Assembly: GCA_965248925.1 (NCBI GenBank)
Contig: CBDFLE010000006.1
Location: forward strand, 2,656,001 to 2,720,000
DNA from: Candidatus Multivoradales bacterium
GTDB lineage: Bacteria > Acidobacteriota > Thermoanaerobaculia > Multivoradales > J023
Length of the DNA: 64,000 nt
Direction of reading: 5' to 3'
The notes under the pieces were generated by a model that saw nothing but the letters and a program-made list of their open reading frames with translations, was not told where the DNA came from and ran no database searches. This document shows, piece after piece, positions 20,715 to 29,366 of the stretch. Each line of letters begins with the position of its first letter. Position 1 is the first letter of the stretch. The translations under genes and the position numbers were made by a program.

Positions 20715-22028
20715 ATGCGCTTTCTCAGCACCCGGAAGAGCAGCTCGCCGGTTAGTCTCGCTGCGGCTTTGCGACTCGGCTTGCCGGCGGACGGCGGTTT
20801 GTTCATGCCCGAACGGCTTACCGCCATGTCCCCAGCTAGACTGCGGCGCCTGGCCGGGGCCGAGGCCAGCGTCGTCGGCGAGGCGGTATTGGGCCATTTG
20901 CTAAGCGACGACTTGCCCGCCCCGATTCTCGCCAATCTAGCCGCCGAAGCTCTCAATTTCCCTCTGCCGCTGCACCGACTCGAGCCCCGGCTCTTGGTGC
21001 TCGAGCTATTTCACGGCCCAACCCTTGCCTTCAAAGATGTCGGGGCGCGATTTCTGGCTCGCTTGCTGGCGGCAACCGACGACGGCACCGGCGGCGATCG
21101 ACCGCTGACTGTGGTGGTGGCCACTTCTGGCGACACTGGTGGCGCGGTCGCGCGGGCCTTTCACGGGGTTGCGGGCACTCAGGTTGCGATCCTCTACCCC
21201 GACGGCCAGGTCAGCCCGTTGCAGGAACGGCAGCTGGCCACCCTGGGCAACAACATTCGGGCCTTTGCCGTCGACGGCACCTTCGACGACTGCCAACGAC
21301 TGGTCAAGCGAGCCTTTGCCGAGCCGGGTCTACGCCAAGAGTTACGTCTGACCTCGGCCAACTCGATCAACGTTGGACGGCTGCTGCCGCAGATCATTTA
21401 CTACTTCGTGGCGGTCGCCCAGCTGAGCGCCACGGAAGCAGGCAGAAAGCGGCTCTTTGTGGTGCCGAGCGGCAACTTTGGCAACCTCACCGCCGGTCTG
21501 ATGGCCCAGCGACTCGGCCTCGGTGTCGATCACTTTGTCGCCGCCACCAATACCAACGACGTCGTACCCTGCTACCTTGACAGCGGTCGCTTCGAGCCGC
21601 GCGCTGCCCAACGCACCATATCGAACGCCATGGATGTCGGCAATCCAAGCAATTTTGACCGCATCTTGCACCTCTACGACAGCGATTGGCAGGCCATCCG
21701 GCATGATGTAAGCGGCAGCCGGCACGACGATGAGGCCACCCGGCAGACCATCTTGGAAGTCGAGCGCAAGCATCACTATCTGCTCGACCCACACACCGCG
21801 GTCGGCTACCAAGCCGCCCGCCATGCCTTGAGTCAAGCACCCACCGACACCCTGGCCATTGTTCTCGCCACCGCCCACCCGGCGAAATTCGGTGAAATCG
21901 TCGAGCCCCTCATCGGCCGCCCGGTGGAACTCCCCCCAGCCCTCGCCGAGCGTCTCGGCCTGCCTTTGAGCAAAGAGCCCATGGCCAACCATTTCCCGAC
22001 GCTGAAAGAGCGCTTGCTCAACTGGTGA
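20715..22028 (+). CDS. thrC: Threonine synthase
   Basis: ELFHGPTLAFKD, ATSGDTG, SANSINVGRL, VPSGNFGN, TAHPAKF. Confidence 0.95.
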   Translation: MRFLSTRKSSSPVSLAAALRLGLPADGGLFMPERLTAMSPARLRRLAGAEASVVGEAVLGHLLSDDLPAPILANLAAEALNFPLPLHRLEPRLLVLELFHGPTLAFKDVGARFLARLLAATDDGTGGDRPLTVVVATSGDTGGAVARAFHGVAGTQVAILYPDGQVSPLQERQLATLGNNIRAFAVDGTFDDCQRLVKRAFAEPGLRQELRLTSANSINVGRLLPQIIYYFVAVAQLSATEAGRKRLFVVPSGNFGNLTAGLMAQRLGLGVDHFVAATNTNDVVPCYLDSGRFEPRAAQRTISNAMDVGNPSNFDRILHLYDSDWQAIRHDVSGSRHDDEATRQTILEVERKHHYLLDPHTAVGYQAARHALSQAPTDTLAIVLATAHPAKFGEIVEPLIGRPVELPPALAERLGLPLSKEPMANHFPTLKERLLNW

Positions 22029-22425
22029 GGGCGAAAACGACAGTGCTTGCGCTGCCAAGACGGGAAGTGACTCGAAGAAGGCCGTAGAAGTGATGGCAAG
22101 CACCAGTTCAAGGAGTACTTGGCAAGCTCATCGCCAACAAATAGCCGCTTCCGAACGAAGTTCGAAGCCGGATTCCATCGGCGAAAGCGATTCTCGCTCT
22201 TTCGTGGCAGGAGAATCTTTGAAGGTCAGCGAGGATATTGTTCGTTTCATCCTGCTGAGCATTCAAGGAGACTTGAATCTTTTCCATTCCGTTGTTTCTC
22301 GAACGAGCTCTTTCATCGTGGTCTGTCACGAGTCTCGGATTATTGAAAGAGAGAGAACAAGTCTTGCAAGCTCTTCAAGCTTTGGAGAAGTTTCGTCATC
22401 ATGTTTTTACACCAACACATACCAA

Positions 22426-22477
22426 TATCTTCTAGACTCTCCTAGAAGATAATTGCGCCATCTAGTCGAGATGGCGC
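22426..22477. promoter_or_regulatory. Two adjacent perfect inverted repeats upstream of HicB-like gene
   Basis: TATCTTCTAG-N6-CTAGAAGATA (22426-51) and GCGCCATCT-N5-AGATGGCGC (22455-77). Confidence 0.6.
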
Positions 22478-22502
22478 GGTCTGGTCTATCGAAAGGAGCA
22501 TC

Positions 22503-22829
22503 ATGCACAATCCACCAAATTTTGCCGATAAGATTAGAGCCGTCTGCTTTAAGGAGTCTGGGAAGTGGGTGGCAGTGTGTCTGGAGCACTACATCGCAAC
22601 TCAGGCAGATTCTCTCAACGATCTGCTCTACGAACTGGACCGTACTTTGGTAAGCTACGTCGCTATTGCGATGGAGGAAGGCAAACAGCCTTTTGGTGGG
22701 TTACCAAGAACTCCTCAGCGATATCACGAAATGTGGGAAGAAGCCGAGCGCCTCCCGGAGTTCAGAGAAATTTTCGAACAGAAAGGGCGGCCAGAATCAG
22801 AAGTCGGTCTGTATCTACAGGCAGCATAA
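22503..22829 (+). CDS. HicB-like (RNase H-like fold) antitoxin candidate
   Basis: RBS AAGGAG; WVAVCLEHYIATQADSLNDL pattern. Confidence 0.65.
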   Translation: MHNPPNFADKIRAVCFKESGKWVAVCLEHYIATQADSLNDLLYELDRTLVSYVAIAMEEGKQPFGGLPRTPQRYHEMWEEAERLPEFREIFEQKGRPESEVGLYLQAA

Positions 22830-22847
22830 GCTTTGAATACACCCCTC

Positions 22848-23093
22848 ATGACTCTGCACGACCTGATCGCCACGGCGTCAGCCAGAGGCGCGAAGCTTGG
22901 GGATCGGAATCTGGGCGGCCCGCGCGGGCAGGTAGTCAGCAGATTCCTTAGAATCGACGGTGGCCCGGCGGTTTTTCTGCCTGGTGGTGATCTTGATCAG
23001 CTTCTCTCTGAATCAACCGTAGATTCAATTGTGACTAGCCTTGGCCTTGGTCATCTCCGTGAGGATTTTCACCTCGCCCCAGCCGAAGACTGA
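22848..23093 (+). CDS. Small HicA-like protein candidate
   Basis: alpha-beta3-alpha pattern MTLHDLIA..GAKL..LSESTVDSIVTSLGL; directly follows the HicB-like gene; start 22833 or 22848. Confidence 0.5.
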   Translation: MTLHDLIATASARGAKLGDRNLGGPRGQVVSRFLRIDGGPAVFLPGGDLDQLLSESTVDSIVTSLGLGHLREDFHLAPAED

Positions 23094-23308
23094 CCGTTAG
23101 CAACTCGCCAGAGCCTTTTCAGGAGCCATTGGCGCGAACGCCACTACCTTGGCGACGGTTTGTCTGGATTAGGCGAGATCGGGAGCACCAACGGAATCCT
23201 CTCCCGTCACTCGTTTTTCTGCGGTGTCCGTAAGATACTCGTACTACTTCTGTCCAACAACTCCACCGCCCTCGCCCCGAGTAGCGCGGTTGGCTTCCGT
23301 GCCCCCCG

Positions 23309-23494
23309 CCGACACCCTGGCCCTGGTGCTCACCCCCACCCACCCTGCAAAGTTTGGCGAGGTCGTCGAGCCCCTCATCAGCCGCCCGGTGGAACTCCCT
23401 CCTCGCCCTCGCCGAGCGAATCGACCTACCGTTCGACAAGGAGCCTTTGGCCAATCGCTTCGCGGCGTTCAGAGAGCGCCTGCTCAGCGGGTAG
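23309..23494 (+). pseudogene. thrC: Diverged duplicate of thrC 3' end (frameshifted)
   Basis: Encodes DTLALVLTPTHPAKFGEVVEPLISRPVELPP/ALAERIDLPFDKEPLANRFAAFRERLLSG*, homologous to 21844-22028. Confidence 0.85.
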
Positions 23495-23688
23495 AGCGAT
23501 GGGCCCGAGGAGGCTGCATTGCCGAGGCAAGTGAGCGGTGGAGAAAGAAGGCCGGTCAATGGCTGCCAGGGAAGTAGATGCCCGAGAAGGGGCAGCAACC
23601 ACTGACCGGCGGATGCATCGAGGAGCTCTGTGGTGGTGCGACGAGCATCGATGGCAGAAGGGCCGGTATGGCGGAAGAACTTGGGCGC

Positions 23689-24288
23689 TCAGCGCCACTT
23701 TTCGCTTTCGACATCGTAGATCATGATGCGGATGTGGCCGTGGCGGCTGCTGATCCGGGTGGCGGCCAAATGGCGATTTCCGTCGGTAACGTAGACCGTG
23801 CCCGGCGTCGCCGTACCTAGGGGCGAGAAGGACGCTAGATCGCTGTTGTTGAAACGGATCGGATCGTGCAAACGCCCCAGCCGACGCCGCGGGTCACTGG
23901 GATCGCGGGGCGGCAAGCCCAGAGGGAAGCCAGGGAAGACCATCCGGCCGAGGCGGCGCATCGGCCGTGGTGGTAGTAGTTCGGGGTCGGTGCCGTCGTC
24001 AATATCTCGATTGCGCACCCCATCGCCGTCGCCATCACCATAGAGCGCCCAGCTGATATCCCCTGAGTCGCCGATCAGGAATTTCACCGCTACATTCTTG
24101 TTGCGTTGGATGGCATATTGCCGCGCCTTCTGCAATGCCGAGGCGACCTCGGAAGCCGCGGCCTCCACTTTGGTTACCCCATTCCAACTGAGCAGCGACG
24201 GTACGCCGAGTAAGGCAGCCCACAGACTCAGGGCGAGAACGACGAGCATTTCGAGCAGGTTGAAGCCGCATTGTTGCCTGATCATCAT
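23689..24288 (-). CDS. FimT/GspH-like type IV minor pilin
   Basis: Class III signal G|FNLLEMLVV; RBS GGAGG; FSPLGTATPGTVY. Confidence 0.85.
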   Translation of the reverse strand: MMIRQQCGFNLLEMLVVLALSLWAALLGVPSLLSWNGVTKVEAAASEVASALQKARQYAIQRNKNVAVKFLIGDSGDISWALYGDGDGDGVRNRDIDDGTDPELLPPRPMRRLGRMVFPGFPLGLPPRDPSDPRRRLGRLHDPIRFNNSDLASFSPLGTATPGTVYVTDGNRHLAATRISSRHGHIRIMIYDVESEKWR

Positions 24289-24352
24289 CGGCCCTCCATG
24301 GGCGAAGAAAGGCGATCGAGGGGAGGCCATGAAGCCTCCCCTCGATGCTGCT

Positions 24353-24706
24353 TCAGTGGTTTTCCTCGGCAGGGGGCGTCGGACGGGCCTTGCTGCTCAG
24401 CGTGGTCTCACCGGTGGTGACTACGAAGGGGGCCATCAGGGTGTAGGTTTTCTCACCGATGCCCCGTACCAGGATGAGATCTTCGGGGCGCTCGAACTGG
24501 CCATTCTCTTGGCGAAAATCCAAGATGCGCTGAGCTAGAGCAGGTCCAATCCGCGGCAAGTAGGTCAGCTGCTCGGAACCGGCGGTGTTGATGTTGACTA
24601 CTCCTGCGGCGGGCTGGGCCAGCGCCGGTAATGAGCACAAGGTCAGGGCGACGAGGACGAAGAGGCTGAGGAGCTGAGTAAGAGGTCGGTTGATTTGAGC
24701 TTGCAT
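24353..24706 (-). CDS. comEA: ComEA-like helix-hairpin-helix DNA receptor
   Basis: Signal peptide; VNINTA, LPRIGPALAQRI, F..PEDL..VRGIGEK. Confidence 0.88.
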   Translation of the reverse strand: MQAQINRPLTQLLSLFVLVALTLCSLPALAQPAAGVVNINTAGSEQLTYLPRIGPALAQRILDFRQENGQFERPEDLILVRGIGEKTYTLMAPFVVTTGETTLSSKARPTPPAEENH

Positions 24707-24854
24707 GGGTTTCTCCTTGAATCGAGGTGTTGGTTGGTTTCTGGTTGGTTTCTATTTGGGGCCTACCCGGCCCCGGGGGTTGTCCTTCATTCCTGTCTGT
24801 TGGATCTCGGTGTTCGCCGCACCTCCTTTCTTGTTGGTTATGCGAAGGCCTTAT

Positions 24855-24911
24855 TTCACGCTCGGTGCCAGCTGCTTAGCGATTTGTTAATCGCTGAAAA
24901 TAAAGGAGTTA
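24855..24911 (-). promoter_or_regulatory. Possible sigma54-like promoter with upstream IHF-like site
   Basis: Minus strand TGGCAC-CGAGC-GTGAA (-12 deviates from TTGC); AT-rich TAACTCCTTTATTTTCAGCGATTA just upstream. Confidence 0.4.
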
Positions 24912-25056
24912 AGGATCCACTTAGCGAAAGGTCGGATTCCTGGCCGTCAAGCCATTCAGCCGCCGAAAGGGGATTTAGACGGCTCATCGGTGCTCACGCC
25001 CGGCGGCACAGGGAGTTGGCAGCGTGTCCAGCGATTGCGACAGGCTGCCGAATGAC

Positions 25057-25164
25057 TGGACAAAGATGATTGGACGGTGGTGACTGGACGGTGGTGACTG
25101 GACGGTGGTGACTGGACGGTGGTGACTGGACGGTGGTGACTGGCCGGTGGTGACTGGATCGTGG
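25057..25164. repeat. 14-bp tandem repeat (TGGACGGTGGTGAC)
   Basis: Five perfect copies 25071-25140, one variant copy, degenerate flanking copies. Confidence 0.95.
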
Positions 25165-25222
25165 CAGGTTGGCCGCTGCCGGACTGGCTCGAAGAGGGGG
25201 GATTCGGTTACATTAGGCCGTC

Positions 25223-25945
25223 ATGAGCGAAAACCAGCCTGCCCCAGAGACCCGTTCGTTGTTTCGGGAGTACCTAGAGGCGATCCTTATCGCGGCGATC
25301 TTCCTCGGCTTCACCAACACCTTCGTGGTCAAGACGTTCTACATTCCGAGTAGCTCGATGGAGTCGACTTTGGAGATTGGCGACCATCTCTTCGTCAATC
25401 GCTTCATCTATGGACCGGCCTCTGGGTGGGGGCAGAAGTTGCTGCCTGGGCGCGACGTGCGGCGCGGAGACATTGTTGTTTTCCGCTCACCGCAGAGCCC
25501 TGAAACCGATCTGGTCAAGCGCTGCATCGGCGTTCCCGGCGACCAGATCCAACTGCGTGATCAGGTGCTCTGGGTCAATGGGCAAGAGGTTGAGGACAGT
25601 AGTTTCGCGCACTACGACATCCACGATGACCTGGGCAAACTACCGGCCAGTGTGCGCTCCCGACTGCGTCATACGCGAGATAATTTTGGCCCCTTCGAGG
25701 TGCCGGACAACGAATTCTTCTTCCTCGGCGACAATCGCAACCACTCCAACGACTCCCGCTTCTGGGGCACCGTGCCACGGGAGATGATCAAGGGACGGGC
25801 TTTGCTGGTCTATTGGTCGTACGGCGGCAAGACGCCGGATGGAACTTGGACTTCTGCCGGCGAGAAACTGCTGCATATCGGCCAAACTCTGCTCGGCTTT
25901 TTTCCCAAGACTCGCTGGAGTCGCACTTTTCACCTAATCCGCTAG
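25223..25945 (+). CDS. lepB: Signal peptidase I
   Basis: IPSSSM (Ser), LVKRC (Lys), GDNRNHSNDSRFWG. Confidence 0.93.
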   Translation: MSENQPAPETRSLFREYLEAILIAAIFLGFTNTFVVKTFYIPSSSMESTLEIGDHLFVNRFIYGPASGWGQKLLPGRDVRRGDIVVFRSPQSPETDLVKRCIGVPGDQIQLRDQVLWVNGQEVEDSSFAHYDIHDDLGKLPASVRSRLRHTRDNFGPFEVPDNEFFFLGDNRNHSNDSRFWGTVPREMIKGRALLVYWSYGGKTPDGTWTSAGEKLLHIGQTLLGFFPKTRWSRTFHLIR

Positions 25946-25961
25946 GGTCCCGAGCTTCTCG

Positions 25962-26705
25962 ATGTCCACCAGTCTTCGACTGAACACGATCGGCGGCAAC
26001 ATGCAGCGCTGGGCAGGGACGGCCAGGGCCACGCTGAGGGGCTGCCTCGAGGCCCTTTTGGTGGCGTTGATCCTGGCTTTGTTTGTGCGCACCTTCCTCT
26101 TTCAAGTCCTAGAAGTGCCCAGCGACTCGATGGAACCCGGTCTGCTGGCCGGCGACCGGTTACTGATCGACCAGATGACCTTTGCTCGCCACGGTTCCCT
26201 GGCCGGCATCTGGCCAACCCGACCCGTGCGCTCAGGGGAGCTAGTGTTGTTCCGCTTTCCTGAAGATCCGTCGCGCAGCTTTGTCAAACGCTGCTTGGGG
26301 ATGCCAGGCGACGACATCGAAATCCTCAACAAGCGGCTCTACATCGATGGTGAAATCCAGGATGAATCGGGCTACGTCGTACACCGAGATCCGCGGACTT
26401 ACCTCGATTCGGAGTTTCTCGACGAGGAATTCCGCCTTCGCGACCACCTGGCGCGCCAACAAGTGCCGGCGGAACATCTCTTCTGCTTGGGCGACAACCG
26501 CGATGTATCCAACGACTCTCGCTATTGGGGTCCGGTGCCGCGGTCTTCAGTGCTCGGGCGACCGCTGCTGGTGCTGTGGTCCTTCGAGCGCAACGACTCG
26601 GCGAGGGACCGTCTTTCAGACCCCGACTGGGGTAAGATCCGGGAATCCTGGTTCAACGAGGGTAAGGGCGTTCGCTGGCATCGCTCGCTAAAGAGGGTCC
26701 AGTGA
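25962..26705 (+). CDS. lepB: Signal peptidase I paralogue
   Basis: VPSDSM, FVKRC, GDNRDVSNDSRYWG; start may be 26001. Confidence 0.9.
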   Translation: MSTSLRLNTIGGNMQRWAGTARATLRGCLEALLVALILALFVRTFLFQVLEVPSDSMEPGLLAGDRLLIDQMTFARHGSLAGIWPTRPVRSGELVLFRFPEDPSRSFVKRCLGMPGDDIEILNKRLYIDGEIQDESGYVVHRDPRTYLDSEFLDEEFRLRDHLARQQVPAEHLFCLGDNRDVSNDSRYWGPVPRSSVLGRPLLVLWSFERNDSARDRLSDPDWGKIRESWFNEGKGVRWHRSLKRVQ

Positions 26706-26746
26706 AGGTCGGCCAAAGCAGGTAACGATCGAGTAGGAGGTTGGCG

Positions 26747-27115
26747 ATGCGTCGGTTGGGTTCGCAGAGTGGAGAAGGCAGGGCCGGTTGCCTGTTGTGG
26801 ATTCTGGTCTTGCTGGCTGGCATCTTGGGCGCTTCTCGGGTGATTCCCGTGACCATCGCCAAGGCAGAGCTGAAGGACTATATCGTTGAGATTTCGCAAC
26901 GGCATCCGCGCTGGAATGCGAGGCGAATCAGCAAGAAGCTGGTCGACCGAGCCGAGGAACTCGACTTGCCGCTCGACAAGAAGAACGTCAAAGTCCGAAA
27001 GACCGCCGATCGGATGGTTGTCGAGATGACGTTCGTAACCCCTTTAGATTTCTACGTTTACACTTGGAATTGGGAACACCACATCGAGGAAGCACGAGAT
27101 ATTTTCTACTTCTAG
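26747..27115 (+). CDS. DUF4845-like membrane-anchored protein
   Basis: RBS AGGAGG; basic N-terminus, GxG and TM helix; lies after lepB, as DUF4845 genes often do. Confidence 0.7.
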   Translation: MRRLGSQSGEGRAGCLLWILVLLAGILGASRVIPVTIAKAELKDYIVEISQRHPRWNARRISKKLVDRAEELDLPLDKKNVKVRKTADRMVVEMTFVTPLDFYVYTWNWEHHIEEARDIFYF

Positions 27116-27161
27116 CCACCCTGCGCGGCGGGCTGAAGATGGTGGCGCTGGCTCGCCGGGT

Positions 27162-28877
27162 GTGGCCGAGCGGCTTGAGATCATTCTCAACGCTCTCGTC
27201 CCGGGGCTGCTAGCCGGAGCGCTGCTCACCGGTTTACTGTTCTTCCTCAATCCACAGCTGCCGTTTGAGGCGTTTCCGGCCTTTCTAGGAATCGGCGTCT
27301 ATGGCGGGCTGGCCGGACTGCTCAGTTCTCTAGCGGTCCTTCCCTTTACCTGGCGTAGCCAGCAGCGCTCCCGACGCTGGCTGCCGTGGCTGGTGACTGT
27401 GGTGCTCGGCGGCGTCGCGGTGGTCGCCTGGGGCCATGCGGTTCGTCACGGCTTCTTACTGCCTCCCGGCATCAATCGACGGCTGTTGAAGGCGGCAATA
27501 TGGCTCAGTCTAGGTGCGGTGGTGGGTCTCTACCTGGCGTGGGCCAGCAGGCTGCGACAACGCACACCTGGCAGGAGAAGCGGCTTCCTGATGCTGTTGC
27601 TGGCGACGGTGTCGATCTACGTCGTTTTCGAGCGGCGTGACGCTTTCAAGGCTAGCTCCGGCCCGACTCCCAGACCAAGCGTGGTCGAGGGGGTGCAAAG
27701 ACCGCATCTATGCTTGGTGGGTCTCGATTCCGCCACTCTCGACGCTTTGCTGCCGCTCGCCGAGCAAGGTCGCTTGCCCTTCTTCTCGCGCCTCTTGCAA
27801 GAAGGCTCATTCGCCCGCATGAGTTCCCAGCGCCCTGCCCTGGCCGCCCCTTTGTGGACCACGCTATCCACCGGAAAGTTCCCGTATCAGCACGGCGTGG
27901 TTGGCCAACGGCGTTATGCCGACGGTCTGCTGGCGGAAGGTGCGTCTTTGCGCCTATTGCCCTTGGGCTCAAGACTGGATCCCTGGGCCTGGACGAGCGG
28001 CTCTCGTGGGTCCAACCGGCTTGACCGCAAGGTCTTGGCCCTATGGCAAACTCTCTCTCGCCTAGGTGTCGCTACCGGGGTGCTGGGATGGCCGTTGACC
28101 TCCCCCGTCTCCAAGGAAATTGACTGGCTGCTCTCGGAGCGCTTTTTCACCACGAGCGCGAGCCTCGGCGATGGCCATCCTGAGGAACTGGGAGAGCAAG
28201 CCCGCCTTTTCCAGACCGCTCTTTCCGACCTCGATCCACAGATTCTCTCGCGCTTCGGCGAAGAGCCACCCCAGGTGGTGCTACAGAGCCTCCCTCAAGA
28301 TCTCTGGCGTCGGGATTTGGCGCAGCTAATCCTCGGCCGCGAACCTTCCCCAGGTGCTCTGCTGACCGTTCTTCCCGGCTTGGCGGCGGTCTCCCGGGAG
28401 CTTTACGGCGGTTACCAGGCAAGTCGCCTGGATGGCTTGCAGGAGGCCGCTGCCGAGGAGGCCGCACGGCTGATCGACAGCTACTACGCTCACCTGGACG
28501 AGATTCTCGCTCAGCTCTGGGAACGCACCCCGACTCCGCGACTGATGATCGTGGTCTCACCGCGAGGGATCGAAGGCGCCGGCGGCTGGCGCGGCCTATG
28601 GCAGCAACTGATTCGCCGACCGGCGCTGCGCGGCTATGACCACAAGGCCCCCGATGGAGTGCTGATGATCATGGGAGAAGGGGTCGCCAAAGGACGGCAG
28701 ACAGGCCGAGCAGAATTGGTCGACGTGGTGCCTACCCTTCTCTATGCATTGGGTCTGCCCGTGGCGCGCGATCTCGATGGCAGCGTGCTCAACGATTTTT
28801 TTGAAACCGACTTCTTGGTGCGTCAACCGCTGACGTTCGTTCCTTCGTATGAGACCTTGTCAGCCAACCGACAATAG
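27162..28877 (+). CDS. Membrane protein with alkaline-phosphatase/phosphodiesterase-fold domain
   Basis: About 5 N-terminal TMs; VGLDSAT, G.LP, WTTLSTGK..HGV, DVVPTLLYALGLP..DG. Confidence 0.8.
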   Translation: MAERLEIILNALVPGLLAGALLTGLLFFLNPQLPFEAFPAFLGIGVYGGLAGLLSSLAVLPFTWRSQQRSRRWLPWLVTVVLGGVAVVAWGHAVRHGFLLPPGINRRLLKAAIWLSLGAVVGLYLAWASRLRQRTPGRRSGFLMLLLATVSIYVVFERRDAFKASSGPTPRPSVVEGVQRPHLCLVGLDSATLDALLPLAEQGRLPFFSRLLQEGSFARMSSQRPALAAPLWTTLSTGKFPYQHGVVGQRRYADGLLAEGASLRLLPLGSRLDPWAWTSGSRGSNRLDRKVLALWQTLSRLGVATGVLGWPLTSPVSKEIDWLLSERFFTTSASLGDGHPEELGEQARLFQTALSDLDPQILSRFGEEPPQVVLQSLPQDLWRRDLAQLILGREPSPGALLTVLPGLAAVSRELYGGYQASRLDGLQEAAAEEAARLIDSYYAHLDEILAQLWERTPTPRLMIVVSPRGIEGAGGWRGLWQQLIRRPALRGYDHKAPDGVLMIMGEGVAKGRQTGRAELVDVVPTLLYALGLPVARDLDGSVLNDFFETDFLVRQPLTFVPSYETLSANRQ

Positions 28878-28958
28878 CCCGGAGATAATCTGTTAAGTGT
28901 TTGTGTTTCAGTGACTTACCTGTATTTTTATAATCTAGACCGTACCTTTTTTGGTGAT

Positions 28959-29366
28959 TTAGCCTTCTTTGACTCCAGGCATTCGAGTCACTTTCTCGCC
29001 GGTTTTCTGCTTCTGGCGCGGGCGGTCCATTGAGCAGCGACCTTCAAAGAAAGCACCGTCTTCGATGGTCAGCGATGGCGTTTGGAGATCAGCCCGGACC
29101 TTGCCTTCAGAGGTGATCTCCACTTTCTCCAAAGCGCTCAGGCTGCCGTCGACCTCGCCCGACACGAAGATCCGGCGAACACTGATTTCAGCATCGACCC
29201 TTCCGCCTTCACCGACAATGAGATCTCCATCGGAGACAATCGAACCGGCGAATTTTCCGTCGATGCGGAAGGTATCCTCGAAACGCAGCTCGCCCTGGAG
29301 CTGGCTGCCAGCATCGAGAAAACCGTTGAGTTCCCCTTGGCCACCGCCTCCCTTATTGAACATCAC
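28959..29366 (-). CDS. Bactofilin (polymer-forming cytoskeletal protein)
   Basis: Beta-helix repeats LQGELRF..RIDG.F.G, V.G.V.G, LTIEDGAFFEGRCSM. Confidence 0.9.
   Translation of the reverse strand: MMFNKGGGGQGELNGFLDAGSQLQGELRFEDTFRIDGKFAGSIVSDGDLIVGEGGRVDAEISVRRIFVSGEVDGSLSALEKVEITSEGKVRADLQTPSLTIEDGAFFEGRCSMDRPRQKQKTGEKVTRMPGVKEG

Larger units (their letters stand above)
22029..23494. mobile_element. Small insertion/islet at thrC 3' end (no integrase seen)
   Basis: Visibly lower GC in 22050-23100, TA-like cargo, bounded by a duplicated thrC 3' end. Confidence 0.6.

Noticed and set aside
22090-22452. 120-aa Ser-rich ORF in the thrC insert
   Set aside because: No clear RBS or motif; could be the shadow of a decayed minus-strand gene, so not called
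22029-23688. IS element or integron at thrC
   Set aside because: No transposase or integrase, terminal inverted repeats or convincing attC sites
25057-25164. CRISPR array
   Set aside because: Units are contiguous 14-mers with no spacers, and no cas genes are present; same for the 18-bp array at 54033
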